Source: a virus
Lineage: Duplodnaviria > Caudoviricetes
Length of the DNA stretch: 64,000 bases
Virus record (IMG/VR): IMGVR_UViG_3300046526_000409
Location: 27,967-91,966 of that record
Strand: one strand, 5' to 3'
Shown here: positions 58,240 through 64,000 of the stretch, piece after piece
Layout: each line of letters starts with the position of its first letter
Position numbering within the stretch: the first letter of the stretch is position 1
Made by a program: the position numbers and the translations under genes
Notes under the pieces: generated by a model
What the model was told of the DNA's origin: nothing
What the model saw: the letters and a program-made list of their open reading frames with translations, nothing else
The model's database searches: none

Positions 58240-59718
58240 TTGAAGCTCTACCTGGCCGGGACCGAAATCCCGGCCTACCGGAGCCTGCTCGCCCAGGAGG
58301 GTCACACCACCGTGGCCCTCTCCTACTGGGGACTGCGCAGGCGCACCAAGTTCACCAAGCCCTACGACCTGACGGAGAAGTTCCGGGACGACGCGGAGAT
58401 CCTCATCGACTCCGGATGCCACTCCATCAACAGCAAGCCCAACAGCGACGTCAGTGACGCCGAGCTGCGCGACATCGCCGAGCACTACTACGACGTGTTC
58501 GTCGCACAGAACCTCCAGCGGCTGGCCTACTTCGTCGAGTTCGACGCCCACCAGCTCGGCCACGAGTGGATCCGCGAGCAGCGCCAGCGCTTCGACGCCG
58601 GCAGGGACAAGGCCATCGTCGTATGGAACCCGGAGACCGGCCGAGAAGGGCTGGAGCACCTCTGCGAGGACTGGCCCAACGTGGGCATCACCCAGGCCGG
58701 CGTTGACCGCCTCGACGTCTCACACCTGCTGCCCCACCTCGCCAAGACCACCGACACCAAGCTCTTCGGCCTCGGCATGACCAAGACGGCGGCCCTGGAG
58801 CACGGCCTCTGGTACGGCGCAGCCTCCACCTCCTGGATATCCCCGAGCCAGTTCGGCGACACCATCATCTGGGCCGGCAAGGAACTGCACCGCTACCCGC
58901 GGCGATACAAGGACATGGCCCGCGCCCGGCACAAGCACGCCATCGCCGACGCCGGCTTCGACGCCGAAGCGGTCATCGCCGACGACTCCACCGAGGTCCT
59001 CCGGCTGTCGGTATGGTCCTGGCGGCAGTTCACCGACCACATCAACGGCAGGGGAGTAACTGCCCCCGGAAATCCCCCTACCGAGGAAAAAGCGGATCCG
59101 ACCCCCGAAGCAGTTGATCGACTGCCCCAAACGGCGCGGCACGCAGGAGTAACTCCGGCCACCGCGAAGCACCGGGAGAAGATCCCCTTCCCCGGCCTCG
59201 CGCTGGTGCAGAACACGGCCGAGGACGGCACCGTCAGCCGGCCCATCCTGAAGACCGTCGACCCCGGCATCCGCGCCTGCGACCGCTGCTACCTCTCCAG
59301 CAGTTGCCCCGCATCCGATCCGGGCTCCACCTGCGCGTTCAGCCTTCCCGTCGAGATCCGCACCAAGGACCAGCGCGCCGATGTCGCCGCTGCCCTCTTG
59401 GAAATGCAGGCAGGCCGCGTCTTCAGCCTGCGGTTTGCCGAGGAACTGGAGGGCGGCATTACCAATCCAGTGCTTTCCGGAGAACTCGACCGCTTCAACA
59501 AGATGCTCAAGACCGTCGAGGACATGGAGGAGAACTCCTTCTCCGTGAAGATCACCGCGACCCAGAAGGGGGCAGCCGAGACCGGCCTCATCAGCCGGCT
59601 GTTCGGCCGCGACGAAGGCGAACGAGCCCGTTCCCTCCCCGAACCCGTCAGCGTCGAACGCGCCGCCATCGAGACGGGATTCGTTGACGCCGAGGTGATC
59701 GAGGACCTGGCCGCATGA
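58240..59718 (+). CDS. TGT/DpdA-like TIM-barrel protein fused to a Cys-cluster/helical domain
   Basis: TTG after AGGAG; LYLAG, LSYW, IDSG, EFD, VVW, FGLGMT, STSW; CDRCYL..CP...CAF. Confidence 0.65.
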   Translation: MKLYLAGTEIPAYRSLLAQEGHTTVALSYWGLRRRTKFTKPYDLTEKFRDDAEILIDSGCHSINSKPNSDVSDAELRDIAEHYYDVFVAQNLQRLAYFVEFDAHQLGHEWIREQRQRFDAGRDKAIVVWNPETGREGLEHLCEDWPNVGITQAGVDRLDVSHLLPHLAKTTDTKLFGLGMTKTAALEHGLWYGAASTSWISPSQFGDTIIWAGKELHRYPRRYKDMARARHKHAIADAGFDAEAVIADDSTEVLRLSVWSWRQFTDHINGRGVTAPGNPPTEEKADPTPEAVDRLPQTARHAGVTPATAKHREKIPFPGLALVQNTAEDGTVSRPILKTVDPGIRACDRCYLSSSCPASDPGSTCAFSLPVEIRTKDQRADVAAALLEMQAGRVFSLRFAEELEGGITNPVLSGELDRFNKMLKTVEDMEENSFSVKITATQKGAAETGLISRLFGRDEGERARSLPEPVSVERAAIETGFVDAEVIEDLAA

Positions 59719-59867
59719 ACTACAGGAGTAACTGGACCGACATGGACGACATCAGCAACCAGGGTCGTACGACCGAGCGCCCCTGCCCGCACTGCAAGGG
59801 GCGCTGGCCCGAGATGGACGCGTGCGTCATCTGTGAAGGTGACGGCACCGTGGAAGTCGGCGGCTAG
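59715..59867 (+). CDS. Small Zn-finger protein
   Basis: CPHCKG...CVICEGDG; ATGA overlap. Confidence 0.5.
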   Translation: MNYRSNWTDMDDISNQGRTTERPCPHCKGRWPEMDACVICEGDGTVEVGG

Positions 59868-60130
59868 CCCTCCGTCGCCCAGAGGCCGAAGCAGATGGTC
59901 AAGCCGAGCGGGGCGAGCGTGGTGAACGTCCATGCCACCCACTCGACGGGGTCGTAGTGGTACGCATGCCCGAGCAGGCCCGCAATGGCTGCCAGCAGCG
60001 CACACCCCATCAGTACGAGGGCGATCGTCTGCATCTTGGCGGTAGTTGTCTTCGTGGTCACGGCCCCTATGGCCCCTTCGTCTCGAACCGGGGGCCGGCT
60101 GAGGAGGCTAGGTGCGCAGCTCTCAACCAA
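59864..60130 (-). CDS. Small 2-TM membrane protein (start uncertain)
   Basis: IALVLMGCALLAAIAGLLG; WVAWTFTTLAPLGLTICFGLW. Confidence 0.5.
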   Translation of the reverse strand: MVESCAPSLLSRPPVRDEGAIGAVTTKTTTAKMQTIALVLMGCALLAAIAGLLGHAYHYDPVEWVAWTFTTLAPLGLTICFGLWATEG

Positions 60131-60389
60131 GCCACCCGTCTGTCATGGGTTGCTTCGGTTGAGGTGCTGGCCCGATGGGGAGCGAGGACCTCGAAGTCAC
60201 TAAGTGGCGAATACGTTTTTGAGAGGCCGCAGCCGGCTCCCTCGAAGGTTCAGCACGGTTCCGCCAACTCCCGTGCCGACCGACCTTTCCGGGTATCCAT
60301 CCGTACCCGGCCAGGTCAGGCATGCGCGTCTCCTCGTTCGGTGTCGCGCGAGGTCTCCAGGATACAGGGAGCGACGGGTTGACCACGTC

Positions 60390-60432
60390 GAACTTGTGGC
60401 ATAACTTGTGGAACAAGTTGAGCAACAAGTTG
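60390..60432. promoter_or_regulatory. 12-bp-period operator-like array 5 (integrase operon)
   Basis: gaacttgtggca/taacttgtggaa/caagttgagcaa/caagttg. Confidence 0.75.
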
Positions 60433-60512
60433 GGAGCGCCCGCCCCAACCCGTGGTCGGCATGCCCAGCCGGCGGCTCACGCCACAGAGCACGCCGCACA
60501 AGGAGCAACCCC

Positions 60513-60677
60513 ATGGACAAGACGGCAAAGGTCATCCCGCTGCACCCAAAGGACCGGGGACCGGAGGTCGAAGTTCGATGGACCCCCGCAGAGCACAGCG
60601 ACCCCGGCGCCTACCGGAAGCTCCTCGAACTCCTCTTCCTCCCCCGCACTGCGGGTGACCAGGCAAAAGCTGCCTAA
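60513..60677 (+). CDS. Small protein upstream of the integrase (candidate directionality factor)
   Basis: ATG after AAGGAG; 54 aa; AYRKLLELLF. Confidence 0.55.
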   Translation: MDKTAKVIPLHPKDRGPEVEVRWTPAEHSDPGAYRKLLELLFLPRTAGDQAKAA

Positions 60678-60786
60678 CTCCCAGTCAAAAACACATACAC
60701 GTCGGTAAGATCCCCAGAAACAGCAGTGACCCCGGCAGCCTTGCGACGCGTACCGGGGTCACCTGCCAGTCCCCTGGAGAACTGAC

Positions 60787-62838
60787 GTGCCACAGACTCT
60801 CATATCCAGCATCGACGTCGTTGCCCGAGCCGGCAGCGGCGTCGATACCTTGCGTGCCGTCGACTACCTTCGCGTCTCCACCGAGGAGCAGAAAAAGGGC
60901 TACGGCATCAGCTACACCAGCAAGCGCACCAAGAACCACATCACCAAAAAGGGTTGGGCGCACGCCGGCACCTACGCCGACGAGGGCTTCAGCGGCAGCC
61001 TCGACCACACTGAGCGCCCCGACCTCAAGCGCCTCATGGGCGACGCCCAGCAAAAGCCGCGCCCCTTCGACGTCGTCGTCGTTCCTGAGGAGCGCGCCAT
61101 CGGCCGGCGCGACCGCGCCTTCTGGCCTTGGGTGTGGAAACTCGAAGACCTCGGCATCTTCGTCGCCATCGTCCGCGGTGACTACGACAACACCACCGAG
61201 GCCGGCCGCTCCCGCATGCGCAAGGAAGCCGACCGAGCTGAAGATGAGCGCATCACCATCCGCGACCGCACCCAGGGTGGCCGGCAGGAGAAAGCCGAAC
61301 TCGGGGGCCACGACGGCGGACTGTCCCCCTACGGCTACCGCATCGAAGACCAGGGGAAGCGCGGAGAAAGCCGGCTGGTCCTCGACACCGGAGACGGCTA
61401 CGAGGGATACCCCACCCTTCGCCGTGCGTACAGCTTGATCGTCCAGGAGGGGAAGACATCCTCCGAGGTAGAGGACCTCTTCAACGCTGAGCGCGTTCCC
61501 GGACCATCCCTGGACCACTGGCCTCGCGGTTCCCTGCGCCGCATCCTCCTTGGTCGTGCCGTCCAGGAGTCGAAGCGAGTCTTCCGGGACCCGGAAGGCC
61601 CCAAGACGAAAGTCGGGCCGGACGGCAGTCCCCTCTACGGAGACACGGTGGTCATCAACCTCGACCCCATCTTCACGGAGGCAGAGCTGACGCTCCTCAA
61701 CACGGCACTCGCCAGGACTTCACGCGCTCCGCGCACCTCGGAAGGCGTCACCCATCCCCTCAGCCGGCATGTCTACGGTGAGTGCGGCAACGTCTTCACC
61801 GGAGTGAGCTGGGACGGCGTGACGACCAAGAAGGAGCGCGCGTACCGCTGCACGGGCCGGCTCACCGGGCGCAAGGGCAGTGAGCGGGAGTGCAGGACGT
61901 GTATGCAGATCGACGCTCCGGCTCTGGAGAGCAGAGTCTGGGACGAGGTCTGCACCATGCTCGAAGACCCGGAGAGGCTCCGGAGCATGGCCGAAGACTG
62001 GGTCGAGATGGTGAAGAGCAACGGCGTCGACTACGCGGCCCGGATCGACGAACTCGGCGAGCAGATCGAGGAGAAGGAATTCGCCATCGACGCCACCACG
62101 GCTGCCACGGCGTCGAGGTCCAAGCGTCGGGGGCTCGACAGGCAGGCGACCCAGGAGGCCATCAAGCGCGCCACGCGAGAGCTGGAGGAGGAGCTGGCCA
62201 GTCTGGAAGACCTCCAGCGCGAGGCAATCGCCTGGCAGGCCGAGATGGACGACACGGCGGCACGTGCGCAGGACCTTCAGCGGCTCTCCGAGATCGCCCA
62301 GGCGCATCTGCACTCCATGGACGCTCGGCAGAGGGAGGACGTCATCGACCTGCTCAACCTCAAGGTCACGATCCTCGGCCCTGCGACGCGTAGGAAGACC
62401 CGCAAGGACGACCTGATCTCCGACTGGTTTCGCGAGCGCGAACGAGTGGTGCCCACACTGACCGATGCGGCGTGGGCCGTTGCTGAACGCGTCATCCACA
62501 AGCCGAAGGGGCGTCGCGCTAGCAATCCGCGCGCGCTCGTTGACGCCATCCTCACGAAGGCGCGTACTGGCTGTGCATGGAAGAGCCTGGAGTACGGCAA
62601 CGTCGCCAGTATCTTCAAGCGTTGGTACGGCAACGGCACGTGGGAGGAACTCATGGACGCTTTGGCGGACTTCCCTGGCACCCCCGCCGCGGACAGCGTG
62701 GTGCTTCCGCCCTTGCGGATTGAAGGGCGCGTCGACCCCCGCCTCCTCATTCACGAAGATATTCCTACTGATCAAGACGACCCGTTCAAGGCGTCAAGAT
62801 CAGGTGGAATATCTTTCCTATTGACTGTGGCTGCCTGA
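60787..62838 (+). CDS. Large serine recombinase (integrase) with C-terminal IS5-like HTH domain
   Basis: YLRVST, DEGFSG, RP.L..L, PYGYR, Zn ribbon, coiled coil; LTDAAW...AIL..ARTGCAW...F.RW...G.W. Confidence 0.92.
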   Translation: MPQTLISSIDVVARAGSGVDTLRAVDYLRVSTEEQKKGYGISYTSKRTKNHITKKGWAHAGTYADEGFSGSLDHTERPDLKRLMGDAQQKPRPFDVVVVPEERAIGRRDRAFWPWVWKLEDLGIFVAIVRGDYDNTTEAGRSRMRKEADRAEDERITIRDRTQGGRQEKAELGGHDGGLSPYGYRIEDQGKRGESRLVLDTGDGYEGYPTLRRAYSLIVQEGKTSSEVEDLFNAERVPGPSLDHWPRGSLRRILLGRAVQESKRVFRDPEGPKTKVGPDGSPLYGDTVVINLDPIFTEAELTLLNTALARTSRAPRTSEGVTHPLSRHVYGECGNVFTGVSWDGVTTKKERAYRCTGRLTGRKGSERECRTCMQIDAPALESRVWDEVCTMLEDPERLRSMAEDWVEMVKSNGVDYAARIDELGEQIEEKEFAIDATTAATASRSKRRGLDRQATQEAIKRATRELEEELASLEDLQREAIAWQAEMDDTAARAQDLQRLSEIAQAHLHSMDARQREDVIDLLNLKVTILGPATRRKTRKDDLISDWFRERERVVPTLTDAAWAVAERVIHKPKGRRASNPRALVDAILTKARTGCAWKSLEYGNVASIFKRWYGNGTWEELMDALADFPGTPAADSVVLPPLRIEGRVDPRLLIHEDIPTDQDDPFKASRSGGISFLLTVAA

Positions 62839-62871
62839 CCTGCACAAACGCTGAATCCGGGTCCAGACGCA

Positions 62872-62911
62872 ACGAAGCCCCCGCGCTCCGAGAGGGAGCC
62901 GGGGGCTTCGT
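62872..62911. terminator. Bidirectional terminator
   Basis: ACGAAGCCCCC...GGGGGCTTCGT between convergent genes. Confidence 0.8.
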
Positions 62912-62928
62912 CATGGACTCTCAGACCC

Positions 62929-63360
62929 TCACGCCGGCACGAATCCGACGCTCAGGCACCACCACTCACCACCGCCGGGAGTGATCCGCCGGCTGATGTC
63001 CTCGGCACTGAAGCCCGTCATCTCGGGAAGGAACCAGACGGCCAACGTCCCGCCCGTAGCGAGCGTCAGGGCCGCCCACTGCCGGACCCCTTCCAGCGGC
63101 GGCAGAGCGACGTGCGCGACCCCGTCATCCGCCAGGAAAGTGACCGTCACCCTGCCGTCACGCTCGACCGTCCACCGCGCCTGCGAGTCTTTCGCCCGAG
63201 CGAACTCACCTCGCGGAGCGAAGTGATGCCGCTTGAGAAACGCGTCGATCTCCTCACGCGAATCCTTCCTGGTGCTCACGAGTGCAAGCGCCGGCTGCAA
63301 ACCCCCGCCAGCCTCCGGCGCCCCCGTCGGGACTGCGGCCAGCCCAGGAACCCCGCTCAT
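62929..63360 (-). CDS. Hypothetical protein (start uncertain)
   Basis: Open frame to the terminator; MSGVPG... start avoids overlap. Confidence 0.45.
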   Translation of the reverse strand: MSGVPGLAAVPTGAPEAGGGLQPALALVSTRKDSREEIDAFLKRHHFAPRGEFARAKDSQARWTVERDGRVTVTFLADDGVAHVALPPLEGVRQWAALTLATGGTLAVWFLPEMTGFSAEDISRRITPGGGEWWCLSVGFVPA

Positions 63361-63395
63361 GGACACCGCGTCGACCAGACGCTGAGGCTTCCTGC

Positions 63396-63728
63396 TCACT
63401 CGCCGGCCCCGTTCTTGGCCACCCACTGCTCGTATGCCTCGGCCACGCGCGCCTTCCACTCCTGCCATGCCTCGTAAGTGGGCAGCGTCGTCGGGATGCC
63501 CTCGCCGATGAGCGCGTGGGCGAAGTCGCCCAAGACGATCTCCGGCACCCCGCTACTGAGCCACCCGTAGTACCTGGCTCCCCTGAGGGTGGTCTGCGAG
63601 GAAGAGTCCTCCAACACCTCGCGGATGAACCGGGGGTCTGCCTCGAACCGCCAGTCGTTCTGGATGATGCACCGGACGGTGTCCATCTCGTCATCCGTCA
63701 GCCGAAGCCCACGCCTGCTGTCGCTCAC
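63396..63728 (-). CDS. Hypothetical protein
   Basis: 110 aa, GTGA overlap. Confidence 0.55.
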   Translation of the reverse strand: MSDSRRGLRLTDDEMDTVRCIIQNDWRFEADPRFIREVLEDSSSQTTLRGARYYGWLSSGVPEIVLGDFAHALIGEGIPTTLPTYEAWQEWKARVAEAYEQWVAKNGAGE

Positions 63729-64000
63729 TCGCCCATCTCCTCGTACATACCGCGCAGCGCAGCCAGGATATTGCCGTCGCTCTCCAGCGCCTTGGGCGCC
63801 TTCGAGACGACCGCTCGCGCATCACGTACGCGCTTCAGCGCCCGCTGCCTCTCCTTGCCGAAACCGAGGCGGGGCGACAGGTGCGCACGCTCCGGATCGC
63901 CGAAGCTGTCCAGGAACTCCGTCGCCTCCTGGACCTGAGCCTCCAGGCGCTTGACCATGTCGGCGTACAGCCGCTCCAGCCAGTCGACCGTCGCGACCTT
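63725..64000 (-). CDS. Hypothetical protein running off the window end
   Basis: Helical ORF ending ...YEEMGE. Confidence 0.5.
   Translation of the reverse strand, partial: KVATVDWLERLYADMVKRLEAQVQEATEFLDSFGDPERAHLSPRLGFGKERQRALKRVRDARAVVSKAPKALESDGNILAALRGMYEEMGE

Larger units (their letters stand above)
1..64000. mobile_element. Large temperate myovirus/prophage of an actinomycete (Streptomyces-like); boundaries not visible
   Basis: Continuous contractile tail, baseplate, holin, replication, recombination, lysin and serine integrase genes; high GC; no host housekeeping operon recognised. Confidence 0.9.

Noticed and set aside
22004-60432. 12-bp arrays as CRISPR repeats, DnaA boxes or SOS boxes
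   Set aside because: No spacers; TGTTCCACA differs from the TTGTCCACA DnaA box; no CGAAC-N4-GTTCG LexA box
62440-62760. Inserted IS5 element
   Set aside because: In frame with the integrase; no DDE domain or terminal repeats seen
60040-62930. att site or prophage end near the integrase
   Set aside because: No partner repeat in the window, and the downstream genes are not recognisable host genes, so it cannot be placed
1-64000. tRNA/rRNA genes, inteins or introns in pol, RNR, DnaB or RecA
   Set aside because: No cloverleaf noticed in intergenic regions by eye, and protein lengths are normal; tRNAscan was not run

Overview
The window is GC-rich and Streptomyces-like. It is essentially all one large temperate myovirus or prophage. 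Head and terminase genes are not seen and presumably lie upstream of base 1. Layout: 1-21955 is a neck, contractile tail, baseplate and fibre operon ending in a holin. 22.1-38.6 kb is a replication module (HTH initiator with internal iterons, DnaC-like loader, DnaB, primase, SNF2 helicase, SSB, C5 methyltransferase, PolA, class II RNR). 38.7-40 kb is an inverted XRE/membrane moron. 40.5-51.2 kb holds recombination, nucleotide and accessory genes (RecA, resolvases, WhiB, Cas4-like nuclease, ThyX, RNA ligase, VUT transporter + DpdA-like transglycosylase, dNMP kinase, SpoVS). 51-60 kb holds small ORFs, an endolysin, a secreted lytic transglycosylase, SNase, a metallopeptidase and a nucleotidyltransferase/HAD/TGT-fold trio. 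A large serine integrase with an IS5-like C-terminal domain follows. Most notable: five 12-bp-period CAAsTTG operator-like arrays, a salvage-type deazaguanine DNA-modification pair plus a second degenerate TGT-fold cassette, a poly-gamma-glutamate hydrolase-gp25 fusion, a dual-frame methyltransferase, a likely +1 tail-chaperone frameshift, a protein whose N-terminus mimics the sheath arm, and a strong excess of C-terminal Ala-Ala ends. All calls come from motif recognition by eye; no database searches were run.
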